A stretch of DNA of 64,000 nucleotides, from NCBI GenBank assembly GCA_016186325.1, contig JACPLW010000005.1:17191-81190 (forward strand), written 5' to 3'. The position numbers and the translations under genes were made by a program. The notes beneath the pieces are model-generated. The model saw only the letters and a program-made list of their open reading frames with translations. It searched no databases and was not told where the DNA came from. Below, piece by piece: positions 9,727-20,000 of this stretch; the first letter of the stretch is position 1, and each line of letters starts with the position of its first letter. Source of the stretch: Parcubacteria group bacterium. Lineage in GTDB: Bacteria > Patescibacteriota > Minisyncoccia > UBA10092.

Positions 9727-10992
9727 TTATAGCTTTAAAAGACTCTGTAAATTTTTTCCATCTTTAACCGGCCCAATCATTGCCAGATTAAGTTTTTCCG
9801 GCCGGAAGATGTCGTTAGCCGCGTCATAAACGTCGGTAGCGGTAACTTGCTGCACTTTCTTGATTATATCATATGGCCCTAAAATTTCATTCTTTAAGAT
9901 TTCCTGAAAGCCGTAAAAACTTGCCAATTCGTCCGACGTTTCAATACTTAAAATCAAACTTCCTTCTATTCTTTCTTTGGCTTTATCAAGTTCATTTTTA
10001 CTAACCTTATTTTGTTTTATCTTTTTGTATTCGCCTAAAATAGCCGTTAGTATCGCCTCAATTCGTTGGTTATCAATACCGGCCCAGGTGGTTAAATTGC
10101 CGGTATCAGTAGCTCCATCATGCGAAGTCCTTACATAATAGGCGGCGCCCATTTTATCGCGCAAAAGATCAAATAATCTTGACGACATCCCTCCGCCTAA
10201 AATTGTAGCCAGTACTTCCAGAGCAAACCTTCTTTCATCAAAAATACTATAAGCACGAACGCCGACAGCAATATGCGTTTGGTCTGTTTTCTTATAAAAT
10301 GTTTTGACTTGTGGTTTATTTTGGTATTCTTTTGTCGGAAGTTTTTCCTTTCCGGAACGGCTACTAATCGTTTTAAAAAGATTTTTTGCTTTTTTTAAAA
10401 TGTAATCTGGATTAATTTTTCCAGCGACGACAAGGATAGTTCTCGGAGCAACATAATGATCGCTATGATATTTAACGAAATTATTTCTTTGCAGTTTCGC
10501 GATTATTTCTTTTTTTCCCGCCGTATCCCAACCGGCCGGCTGGTCACCATATAATAACTCTGTCCAAATATCGTCAATCTTTCTAATGGGGCTGTCTTCA
10601 TACATGTTTATTTCTTCAATAATCACCCCCCTTTCTTTGTCTATTTCTTTCTGATTAAAAACCGGATTTAAAGTGATATCGGAAATAATATCTAAAATCA
10701 TGTCCGAATGTTTAGCATCGGCCTTGGCATAGTAACCGGTGTATTCTTGGCTGGTAAAAGCATTGAATTGGGCGCCGATTCTATCAAGAGGTTCAACAAT
10801 GGATAGTGATGTCGGATGTTTTTTCGTTCCTTTAAAAGTCATGTGTTCCAAGAAATGGGATATCCCGTTGATTTCCTTGGTTTCGTATTTTGAGCCGGTG
10901 GCAACTAAAACTAAAACCGTTACCGTTTCGGTTTTTAGCATTGGCACGGTGATTATTCTTAAGCCATTTGGTAATGTGGTTTTTTTATACAT
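9727..10992 (-). CDS. M16 family zinc peptidase
   Basis: HFLEH inverted zinc motif, NAFTS, SSRLF..LR. Confidence 0.93.
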   Translation of the reverse strand: MYKKTTLPNGLRIITVPMLKTETVTVLVLVATGSKYETKEINGISHFLEHMTFKGTKKHPTSLSIVEPLDRIGAQFNAFTSQEYTGYYAKADAKHSDMILDIISDITLNPVFNQKEIDKERGVIIEEINMYEDSPIRKIDDIWTELLYGDQPAGWDTAGKKEIIAKLQRNNFVKYHSDHYVAPRTILVVAGKINPDYILKKAKNLFKTISSRSGKEKLPTKEYQNKPQVKTFYKKTDQTHIAVGVRAYSIFDERRFALEVLATILGGGMSSRLFDLLRDKMGAAYYVRTSHDGATDTGNLTTWAGIDNQRIEAILTAILGEYKKIKQNKVSKNELDKAKERIEGSLILSIETSDELASFYGFQEILKNEILGPYDIIKKVQQVTATDVYDAANDIFRPEKLNLAMIGPVKDGKNLQSLLKL

Positions 10993-11002
10993 AGTTTAAA
11001 AA

Positions 11003-11104
11003 ATTAACCTAATTATTCTAATTAACCTAATTGACCTAAAATTTAGAAACTGGGATTTGGGATTTGACTAGAAATTAGAATAATTAGAAATTAGAATAAT
11101 TTAA
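11003..11104. repeat. Degenerate heptamer-type tandem repeats
   Basis: aattaacct/ctaatt units, gggattt x2, agaaatt/agaataatt units. Confidence 0.6.
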
Positions 11105-12492
11105 TCTTCAAGTTGTTTTTTAAAATAATCCACTAAATCTTTAACTGCTACCCTTTCCTGCTTCATCATGTCCCTATTGCGAACTGTGACTTTTTTGTCT
11201 TCAAGCGAGTCAAAATCTACGGTTATGCAAAATGGCGTCCCAATTTCATCTTGCGCATAATAACGTTTCCCGATATTGCCGCGGTCATCCCAAGCGACCA
11301 TAAAATTTTGTTTTAATTCGTCGTAAATCTCTTTCGCTTTATTCACCAATTCGGGCTTATTTGCCAAAAGCGGAAAAACAGCAACCTTATAGGGTGCTAA
11401 TTTTGACGGTAACTTTAGTAAAACTCTGTCATTATCTTCTGCGTAATGTTCTATTAAAACCGCTAAAATGGATCGATCGACCCCCCAAGTCGGTTCAATC
11501 ACATGCGGCCAAAATTCTTCACCGGTTTGAGAATCCCTGTAAGGCGCTGTTTCTTTATAATGATTTCTCAAATCAAAATCGGTTCGATAAGCCAAACCGT
11601 AAAGTTCGTTCTTACCGAAGGGAAAATCATATTCAAAATCTATTGTCCGCTTTGAGTAATGGGCGCGTTTATCTTCGGGTACTTCAAGTTCATAAATATG
11701 TTTTTTATCCAAGCCTAAATCTTTTTCCATCCAATCATGCATTTCTTTCCTCCAATATTCAAAATGTTCCTGCCAATCTTTGTCCTTTTTCGGCACCGGA
11801 ATAAAATATTCAATTTCCATCTGTTCAAATTCACGAGTTCTGAAAATAAAATTCCCCGGCGTAATTTCATTCCTGAATGCTTTGCCGATTTGGGCAATGC
11901 CAAACGGCACGGTTTTTCTGCTTGTATCCAAAACATTTTTAAAATCGACAAACATTCCTTGGGCCGTTTCTGGACGCAAATAAACAACATTCTCTCTACT
12001 TTCTACAGGCCCGAGATTAGTTTTAAACATTAAGTTAAACTGCCTTGGGATAGTCCAGTCATGAACTCCGCCATTCGGACATTTAATATTTAATTTAATA
12101 AGATTCTTTAGTTGCTTAATAGGATCAATATCGTGAACAATAGGTTCAGGATATTCCAGAGCAATTAAAATATCGCTCCGCTCACGATAATTACATTTTT
12201 TACACTCAACCAATGGATCGTTAAAAGTCGCAACATGCCCGCTCGCTTCCCAAACTTTTGGATTCATTATTAAAGCCGAATCAATACCAATGATATCGTC
12301 GCGATTTTGAACAAACTTTTTCCACCACAGTTGCTTAATATTGTTTTTAAGTTCAACGCCTAATGGACCATAATCCCAGGAATTAGCCAATCCGCCATAA
12401 ATTTCACTGCCGGGAAAAATAAATCCCCGCCTTTTGGCAAGCGATACAATTTTTTCCATTAAATTTTCTTGGTTATCTTTTGTTTGCGCCAT
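11101..12492 (-). CDS. glyQS: Glycine-tRNA ligase (alpha2 type)
   Basis: YDYGPLG-like WDYGPLG, LRPETAQG, FRNEI, REFEQME, DEIGTP. Confidence 0.96.
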   Translation of the reverse strand: MAQTKDNQENLMEKIVSLAKRRGFIFPGSEIYGGLANSWDYGPLGVELKNNIKQLWWKKFVQNRDDIIGIDSALIMNPKVWEASGHVATFNDPLVECKKCNYRERSDILIALEYPEPIVHDIDPIKQLKNLIKLNIKCPNGGVHDWTIPRQFNLMFKTNLGPVESRENVVYLRPETAQGMFVDFKNVLDTSRKTVPFGIAQIGKAFRNEITPGNFIFRTREFEQMEIEYFIPVPKKDKDWQEHFEYWRKEMHDWMEKDLGLDKKHIYELEVPEDKRAHYSKRTIDFEYDFPFGKNELYGLAYRTDFDLRNHYKETAPYRDSQTGEEFWPHVIEPTWGVDRSILAVLIEHYAEDNDRVLLKLPSKLAPYKVAVFPLLANKPELVNKAKEIYDELKQNFMVAWDDRGNIGKRYYAQDEIGTPFCITVDFDSLEDKKVTVRNRDMMKQERVAVKDLVDYFKKQLED

Positions 12493-12605
12493 TTATATAA
12501 ACTGATTAAACTCAAAAATAATTTCAGAAACTATAAGCCATAATAACATAATTTCTAACTAATTTACAATATTAAACAAATATTTGTTTACGATTAAAAA
12601 TCGAT

Positions 12606-12643
12606 TCCCCTCAATTTATTGCTATAGCAAGAAATTGAGGGGA
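12606..12643. repeat. 38-bp palindrome downstream of PaaX-like gene 1
   Basis: tcccctcaattt-a-ttgctatagcaa-g-aaattgagggga. Confidence 0.85.
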
Positions 12644-12669
12644 CAAAATTTTATTAACTAATTTCTTTA

Positions 12670-13230
12670 TTAAACAATTTTAAAAAATTGCCGCAAGTCA
12701 CCCTCCCGCTTATCTATAGACTCTACAGTACAATAATTCACATAACGACTAATTGACAGAAACTCGCAAATAAAATCTATCTCGTTTTGACAATCATAAG
12801 GATAAACAAAAACGCTCTCTTGTAAATGATACAGCCCCAAATCTCTTAATTTATTGGATAGAGCGTTTCTTTCTTTTTTCTTTTTTTCCGGAATATCAAA
12901 AATTACCAATCGCCATTTTTTATCCCACTCTTTAGTATTTAATAACTCTATGTCATCATAATCAAATCGTTTTAATAAATTTCTGCCATTAGCGGTAATT
13001 TTTACATAAATATTATCGCCCTTTTCTACCAATTCTACCAATCTTTTATTGTTCAACCGTTTTACGGCATCATGAATACGTCGTTTATCAATTTTATCCC
13101 AATTTCTGCGCCAGCGCATTAATGGTTTTAAAAGTTGGGCAACATTGGGCGCGAATAGCGACGATAAAATTAATGTGCCGGAAGCGGCTATAAATAAAAC
13201 GTCTCTGGTTAACGATTTTTTGTGCAGCAT
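12670..13230 (-). CDS. PaaX-like winged-helix + Cas2-like domain protein
   Basis: ITANG...WDKKWRLVIFDIPE..R..L..LG...LQESVFV pattern of the PaaX central (Cas2-like) domain. Confidence 0.85.
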   Translation of the reverse strand: MLHKKSLTRDVLFIAASGTLILSSLFAPNVAQLLKPLMRWRRNWDKIDKRRIHDAVKRLNNKRLVELVEKGDNIYVKITANGRNLLKRFDYDDIELLNTKEWDKKWRLVIFDIPEKKKKERNALSNKLRDLGLYHLQESVFVYPYDCQNEIDFICEFLSISRYVNYCTVESIDKREGDLRQFFKIV

Positions 13231-13305
13231 GTAGTTTTTTTAATTTTGTATACTAAGTTATATTTTTCATTAACTATTTAGTAATCACTTGTTTATATTA
13301 CCAAC

Positions 13306-13351
13306 ATAATATCCTCAATTCCTGACTATAGCAGGGAATTGAGGATATTAT
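13306..13351. repeat. 46-bp palindrome upstream of PaaX-like gene 1, same family as 12606
   Basis: ataatatcctcaattcctgactatagcagggaattgaggatattat; shares cctcaatt..ctatagca..aattgagg. Confidence 0.85.
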
Positions 13352-13459
13352 AAGAGATATCAATGTTCATAAATATTGTAATACTGTTCACATATAAGTC
13401 GAGTTAAAACTTTTTCAGAGTGTTAACTAAAAAAGCTGGGATTTCCAGCTTCGTAAGGG

Positions 13460-13960
13460 TTATTTATCAAATAATGTCCATTTACTGAACCACGTTTCAA
13501 TCCCGTCGAGTGTAATTGCAGCGCCTATGGGTTTCCCGTCAGCACCGAAAGTCACCTCTACTTTATCAGGACTTTGGGCATGATGGATTAGCCAACTGCC
13601 ATCTGGCTGCGGTACGGCAATCATGTGATCTGGGGTATCGCCCGAAACTGGATCACGATCTTTGTCGCACGACCAAGCTTTAAATCCTACTTTTCCAAAA
13701 TATGAATATACCCCGAGCTTCATTCCATTGTAATGGATATAATATTTCCGCGTACCGATTGTTACGTTCTCTCCGTTCTTCGTTTGCACTTCAATCAAGT
13801 AATCTGAGGGAATATCTGCGCGCTTTGCCCAACCAGAACTTTTTTCATCTGGCACTGCACCATCGGGCAAAGGAATACATTTATTTGCTGAATTTACCGG
13901 TAACTGAACACAAGCTGCAAACAGTAAAACAACGGGAATCAAAAAAACCGACTTTAACAT
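13460..13960 (-). CDS. Hypothetical lipoprotein
   Basis: Lipobox LFAAC; strong SD aaggagg upstream; hairpin at 13433-13451 downstream. Confidence 0.7.
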   Translation of the reverse strand: MLKSVFLIPVVLLFAACVQLPVNSANKCIPLPDGAVPDEKSSGWAKRADIPSDYLIEVQTKNGENVTIGTRKYYIHYNGMKLGVYSYFGKVGFKAWSCDKDRDPVSGDTPDHMIAVPQPDGSWLIHHAQSPDKVEVTFGADGKPIGAAITLDGIETWFSKWTLFDK

Positions 13961-14045
13961 TATAAACCTCCTTGGGTAATATTATAAAAGTACGATAATA
14001 TCTTCTCTATATTAAATTGATAAGTATATTTTGTCAACGACAAAT

Positions 14046-15833
14046 TTACGGCTGAACGCGGCTTTTGAGAATTCCGACGCCGGGATCATCGGGCATGTCG
14101 GTCTTTACCGCCGGCGCTATTGCCGAAATAGGATTTCCGGTAAACAAATCATTGCCGCTTAAGATAGCGTCATTTATAACCGGCACAACACTTCCAATCT
14201 TTGTAACCGAAGGAGTTAAGGAAAGCTGAAAAATCGCTTCATAAGGATCAAGAAGAACGCCTGTTGCCGCCTGAATTTTTCCGATATTCCAGGATAGTTC
14301 ACTGGTTCTTTCGTTAAATTCCAGTAGAGCGCTTCCAGCTCCCGCTTTTTTATCAAGCCACTTTACGCCTTCTGGAAGTGTCGCCTTAACAACAACATTG
14401 TTGAGATCGTTAGAATAATTTGTAACCAGCCAATGGATGGTAAAAGTCGTGGTTTGATTTACGCGCGGCGGGATTGGCCCGGAGTTCTTTAAAACCGAAT
14501 CATAGTAATACCCTCTCGCCTTCAAATCAGCCGCGGTATTAACCTTGATGGCGATATCACTAGTTGCCGAAAGAGATTTAACAGCAAGCGAAGGCGGAAT
14601 AGTAAGCGTTTCCATGGTCGCCGAGACCTGAAGCAAGAAATTTTTATCGCGGAAAGTTCTGATAATGTAACGAGGCCTGACATTGACGTAAAAACTGACT
14701 TCGCCAGATTCATTAGGAGACAAATTCTTAAACTGCGGTTGATTGGCGGCGTTCCAGACAATCACATTGGTTACACTGTTATAAAAGCCGTCGGTTTTTA
14801 AAGTCGGCAAATCATACATTAAACCGTCAAGATTGGCTTTCAAAACTATGTCGGACAAAGCAACGCCGGTATTATTTTCGTAACTTATTTTAAACTGCAA
14901 GGAATCTCCGAGATTAGCCGTGATTGACGTCCCGTTATTAACGAATATATCAAGCCTAAGCGGAGAAGAGGCCAGATTGATTTGCGGCAAGGTTTCCAAA
15001 AATTTAAAGAATTTACCGTCTTGGGAGACTCCAATCGCCAAACTAAACTGAACATTCGTAACATTTTTTAAAATACCCGAAACAACGATATCTCCTTCTT
15101 CGTTCGGGTTCAAGTCGCCTAAATTCCAACTATTATTGTTTTTGGACGGCAACTTGTCGGAAGAAATAAAATTAAATTCGGAAGGATAAACAATTTCAAT
15201 TACCGCGTTTTTAAAAACATGTTCGGTATTGTTCTTATAATGAACGATGAAGTTATTCTTTATATTTGGCAATACCGATTCGGGTGTTTTAAAGTCAATA
15301 AATAGAGCGGAGCCATAAATAGCTACTTCTTTTGTTGACTCGTTTTCAAAAGTTGAGCTGGTGTTTTGCGGTTTGTAACTTAGGCTAACTTCAAGTTTTT
15401 GAATGCTTTTATCGGTCCCGATAAAAGCTAGATTTATTTCTTGTTTGCCGCCGCCGCCGATGCCGATATTCCCCAGATCAATACTCTGGATAACTTTGCC
15501 GCCGGGAACCATTGCATTCTGCGGATAGCGAACGGTCAAAACTGCGTTTTGAAGAATTTGTTTGGTATTGTTCCAGTAAGACACGGAATAAGAAGCGGGC
15601 TCGCCGCTAGCAACCTGTGCCGGCCCAGAAACTCCAAAGTCAACCTGGGATTTTTTAAAAGATGTCAGCCAAAAATAAAAACCGACACCGCTAAAAACGA
15701 CGATTGTTAAGAATACAATGCTTGAAATAAACAAACTCTTTTTTTGCCTTGGGGAAAAAAAACGGATTGCTTGAGACAGCGAAGGGCCGGAAAGCTCCGG
15801 TGAAGTTTGCGAAGAAGAAGGAATTTCTACCAT
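14046..15833 (-). CDS. Membrane-anchored protein with Ig-like/DUF11-type beta domains
   Basis: Single N-terminal TM; repeated Y.N.T...L.N, W.LG.L.P.E.G patterns. Confidence 0.7.
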   Translation of the reverse strand: MVEIPSSSQTSPELSGPSLSQAIRFFSPRQKKSLFISSIVFLTIVVFSGVGFYFWLTSFKKSQVDFGVSGPAQVASGEPASYSVSYWNNTKQILQNAVLTVRYPQNAMVPGGKVIQSIDLGNIGIGGGGKQEINLAFIGTDKSIQKLEVSLSYKPQNTSSTFENESTKEVAIYGSALFIDFKTPESVLPNIKNNFIVHYKNNTEHVFKNAVIEIVYPSEFNFISSDKLPSKNNNSWNLGDLNPNEEGDIVVSGILKNVTNVQFSLAIGVSQDGKFFKFLETLPQINLASSPLRLDIFVNNGTSITANLGDSLQFKISYENNTGVALSDIVLKANLDGLMYDLPTLKTDGFYNSVTNVIVWNAANQPQFKNLSPNESGEVSFYVNVRPRYIIRTFRDKNFLLQVSATMETLTIPPSLAVKSLSATSDIAIKVNTAADLKARGYYYDSVLKNSGPIPPRVNQTTTFTIHWLVTNYSNDLNNVVVKATLPEGVKWLDKKAGAGSALLEFNERTSELSWNIGKIQAATGVLLDPYEAIFQLSLTPSVTKIGSVVPVINDAILSGNDLFTGNPISAIAPAVKTDMPDDPGVGILKSRVQP

Positions 15834-15850
15834 AAATTTATTTAGATTTA

Positions 15851-16348
15851 TTATAGCACATTGAAATCCCCCAGATAATACCTGGCTTCTTCAAAATTAT
15901 CCCCAAACCCCATTATTTTAGTAAAGCCGGATTTAAAATCGCTTAAAAATTTGTCAGCACTGCCATTTTCAACATCTCTTGCTTTTAAAAAACCTTCAAG
16001 AATAAAATTCCACAACACTTCGTCTTTTTGCGGCTCTTTTAACATTGTCAAAGCAAAATTAGCCATTTTTGTAAAAAGCGTAATTTTATCGGGAGCAGTA
16101 TTGTTAAGCAGCGGCCCATGCGAAAGAGCGGTAGTAATAATAAGTTCGCCGCCTTTTTTTGAAATCAGTTCAACCCAAACAAAATTAAACGGTTCAAGAT
16201 GGCCCGTAAGTTTGGCATTGATTTTTCGAACACTTCCCGCCGTAGCCCTCACCTTGCCGAAATCTTGCGTATATAAATGATAAAGGCGATCAGCTTCAAA
16301 AATATCCTCCCGTTTTAAAACAAGCGCGTTAGTTTGATAAGAATTCAT
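15851..16348 (-). CDS. recO: DNA repair protein RecO (short)
   Basis: VLKRED..EADR...YT..FGK...A...RK..AKL...LEPF. Confidence 0.85.
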   Translation of the reverse strand: MNSYQTNALVLKREDIFEADRLYHLYTQDFGKVRATAGSVRKINAKLTGHLEPFNFVWVELISKKGGELIITTALSHGPLLNNTAPDKITLFTKMANFALTMLKEPQKDEVLWNFILEGFLKARDVENGSADKFLSDFKSGFTKIMGFGDNFEEARYYLGDFNVL

Positions 16349-16389
16349 TTTTAAAAATAAAAAATCCTATTAGGATTATCTAATAGGAC

Positions 16390-17028
16390 TTACAAAAGAG
16401 CAAACTCACTAAAAGAGTTGAGGACATGATCGACCAATCCGTAAGCAACACTCTCTTTGGCGTCCATCCAAAAATCAAGACGGTTGATGTCGCTCTCAAT
16501 CAGGTCTGGCGCCTTATTCGTATGCCGGGATAAAATGCCGATGTAAAGAGTTTTGACTTTGTTGAACTCTCTGACTTGATTTTCAACCTCTTTCGGATCA
16601 CCGCCGAAATGACTTCTGGGCATATGAATCATCGTCCGAGAATTCGGAAGTATATATCTGTGGCCCGGCTCGCCGCCTACTAGAATTGGAACCGCTGCCG
16701 AAGCCACTACTCCCGTGGCAACTGTGTAAATAGGCGAGCGCGACGCCTTCATAATGTCATAAAGATTAAGGTAGGCCGACGCCAAACCGCCGGGCGAATC
16801 AATCATCAGCTTAATAGGTTCGCGATTGAGCGAATCAAGATAAATAATTTGGTCTATAACACTGCGTGGAGAAGACGCCCAGTCAAAGGGTATTGAACCG
16901 TCGTTGTAATAAGCAAGGCCGCCCGTTCCATCAAGCTGGCAATCAAGAAAAAGCAGGCGTTCTTCAAAAAACAACTGACGAAGGAATCTTGCGTTACTGC
17001 GTTTGAAATTATTGTTGCTCACCAGCAT
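16390..17028 (-). CDS. clpP: ClpP-family protease subunit (divergent)
   Basis: IDSPGG, ASAA (Ser), MIHMP (His), DFWM..ESV.YGLVD. Confidence 0.88.
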   Translation of the reverse strand: MLVSNNNFKRSNARFLRQLFFEERLLFLDCQLDGTGGLAYYNDGSIPFDWASSPRSVIDQIIYLDSLNREPIKLMIDSPGGLASAYLNLYDIMKASRSPIYTVATGVVASAAVPILVGGEPGHRYILPNSRTMIHMPRSHFGGDPKEVENQVREFNKVKTLYIGILSRHTNKAPDLIESDINRLDFWMDAKESVAYGLVDHVLNSFSEFALL

Positions 17029-17094
17029 GACGGAGCCTCTTTCTATTTTTATTTAAAAGATCAAATTGACAGTACTCTTAAGTTACAAGTTAAT

Positions 17095-20000
17095 TTACAT
17101 TTTGGCAATACCTATCCAGATATCCTTGCTTTCCAACTTAAAATGACGGTCAATAAGCAAACCGTCTTTAATTACGCCGACAAATTCAATTTTTCTCGCG
17201 CCGACTTCGGAAGTTAAAGTTTTTTCCCATTTCGAAATAATTTTTTGGATATTTTCTTCTCCTTTCATATAAACCACTATCGTTTCTTTAGGCGTTAAAC
17301 CTCCGTCTTTTCTCATACCTTGAATCTGGCGGGCTATTTCTCTGGTCAAGCCCTCTTCTTTCAGTTCGGTGGTAATTTTTGTGTCTAATTCTATTTTATC
17401 GCCAAAAACAATTTCTTTGACATTTACCTCATCTTTAATAAGATCTAAAAGTTCTGGGTATTTTTTCAACCCGGTTTCGGCAATGGTAAGCGCTTGAAGC
17501 GGCTGGCGCACTTTGATGCCCGCTTCCGCCCGAAGAGCCAGTGCTTCGGCAGAAATTTCTCTAACTAGGCCCATTTGTTTTTCTAATTTTAAATCAATAA
17601 GTTTTTTATCGGCTTTTGGCCAGTCGCATAGATGAACCGATTCCGGCATTTTATCTCTTTTCAAAAACAAATAAATTTCTTCCGATAAAAACGGCAGAAA
17701 CGGAGAAATAACTTTTACTAAATTCAAAAGCACGAAATAAAGCGTTTCGGCAGCCTCCTCTTTTTCTTTTTTAGATTTTGGCCTCTGAAATCTCTCCCGA
17801 GAACGCCGTATATGCCAAAGGGAAAGATCGTCAATAAAGAATTCTTCGATAGCCCTGCTGGCGTAAGCCGGATTATACTTATCCAGATTTTGGGTAACCT
17901 TTTCTATCAGATTATTCAGACGCGACAAAATCCAAAAGTCTAACAAATTTTGAGGATTGGTGCCGCGCCCGCCTAAATTTCCGGTGGAAATTTTGGCGGG
18001 TAAATAAGTTTTAAAAAAAATAAAACTATTCCAAAAATTAATAAGTTTCCTTTCGGATTCTTTAGCGGCGCCGTACCCAAATTTTAAGTTATCCGCCGGA
18101 TTCTGTTTAACATACATCCAGCGCATAACGTCAACGCCGATTTTTTCCGCCGCCTCGTCAAACCAGATGGCATTTCCTTTTGATTTATGCATCTCCTCTC
18201 CTTTTTCATCCCGAACCGAAGCATAACCGAAAACTGTTTTCATTGGCGGTAATTTTTCTAAAACAGTACTCATTACGATAAGAGAATAAAACCAATTTTT
18301 AAATTGTCCGGGAAAAGACTCGCAAACCAATTCTGCGGGAAACCATTTGCGCCAAAATTTTTTGCCCGGCACGTTACTGCCATCGGGCAGTTTTACGTGC
18401 TCATTAAAATATCTCATCGTTGAGTAGGGAACGATTCCGGCATCCAGCCAGGGATTGCCGACATCGAGAATACGCGAAGTTTTTTCATCGCACTTGGGAC
18501 ACTTAATCTTAATTTCGTCAACGTAGGGCCGATGCAAATCTAAATCGCCTTCATTATTATAGGGCCAATTATGGCCCGCCATTTCAACAACGGAACCAGT
18601 TACTCCGTCAATGCTAAACTTTTCAAATGCTTCTTCATTTTTATAACCCTGGTAGGAACTGGCGGCCGCAATTATCGGATTAGCATGGCTTACTATCAAA
18701 ATCGTTTTGCCTTCATATTTCCTGTCCGTTTCTTTCAAAAAATCCATCATCCTTTTTTTGACATCTTTTAAGTTTTCACCGCCGCTTGGTCTGACGACAT
18801 ATTGATCCACCTTGCCACCAAAAAGCGAATGCCAATCCCCATGAGTGCGCCCGTTATAAGCCCCGGAGTCGTGTTCACGGAGCCGCTTGTCATAAATTAT
18901 TTTTTGGCCCAAAGCGCCGGAAATAATTTGGGCGGTTTCTTTCGTCCGCAATAAGTCGGAAGAAAACACCAAATCCACGCTTTTTTTCTTAAACCACGGA
19001 ACAAGTTTTTCAATTTCTTTAGCACCCCTTATGGTTAATAAGTACTTCTTTTTTTCCGGATAAGAAGAAATGATTTTTAGCCGATTGTTTTCCGCCTCGC
19101 CGTGACGCAGAAAAATATAATGATTAAGTTTTTTTGGCGAGAACTTGTCAAAATCAGCGAGCGAACCGATAACCTCAAAATTGCCGCACCGGCACTCAAA
19201 AATGGGCAGCGCCAATCCCCAATATCTTTTCTTGCTAATCAACCAGTCGGACATATTTTTCAGCCAGTCGATTTCCCTCTCCAGACCAAAAGAGGGAATC
19301 CATTTTATTTTTTTAGCTATTTTTATAAGCGGATTCCTTAACTTGTCCATTGATATGTACCACTCATCGGCAATTTTCCATACCAATTCGGTTTTGCACC
19401 TCCAGCAGATAGGATAACGATGGGTATATTTGGGGGCGCTAAAAAGAAATCCGGCGGTTTTTATGTAATCAATTATTATTTCGGGGCGTTCTTTCGCGTT
19501 TTGGCCGCTAAATTCTCCAAGCCCTTTCACATAAAAAGCTGCGTCATTAATCAAATCAATTGCCGGAATTTTTATTTTTTTCCCCAATCTGTAATCTTCG
19601 GTGCCTTGACCGGGTGCGATATGAATCAACCCCGTTCCTTCGGTTTCACTAACCGGCAAAATTCGTGAGTCGGTGGCAACAACCTTGTGAATAAAGCCGG
19701 ATAAAGCTTTTTTAACAGCTGGCAAGTTATCAAAAGGTGATTTGTAAGTTAAATCGACTAACTCTTTTCCTTTAAAAGTCCTGATAATTTTAAGGTTTAA
19801 TCTTTCAGCTGCTTCTTTTATAAGATAATAGGAAGCTCCGCTTCCAAGTTCACTTGGAAGCGGAGCTTCCAAGTCAGTTGCTTCCACGTAAATTTTGTCG
19901 GGATCTACGGCTACCGCCGCGTTTCCGGGAAGAGTCCAGGGAGTTGTCGTCCAAACCAAAAGATAGGTATTTTTTTTGAAAATGTTGGAAGCTCGGTTTC

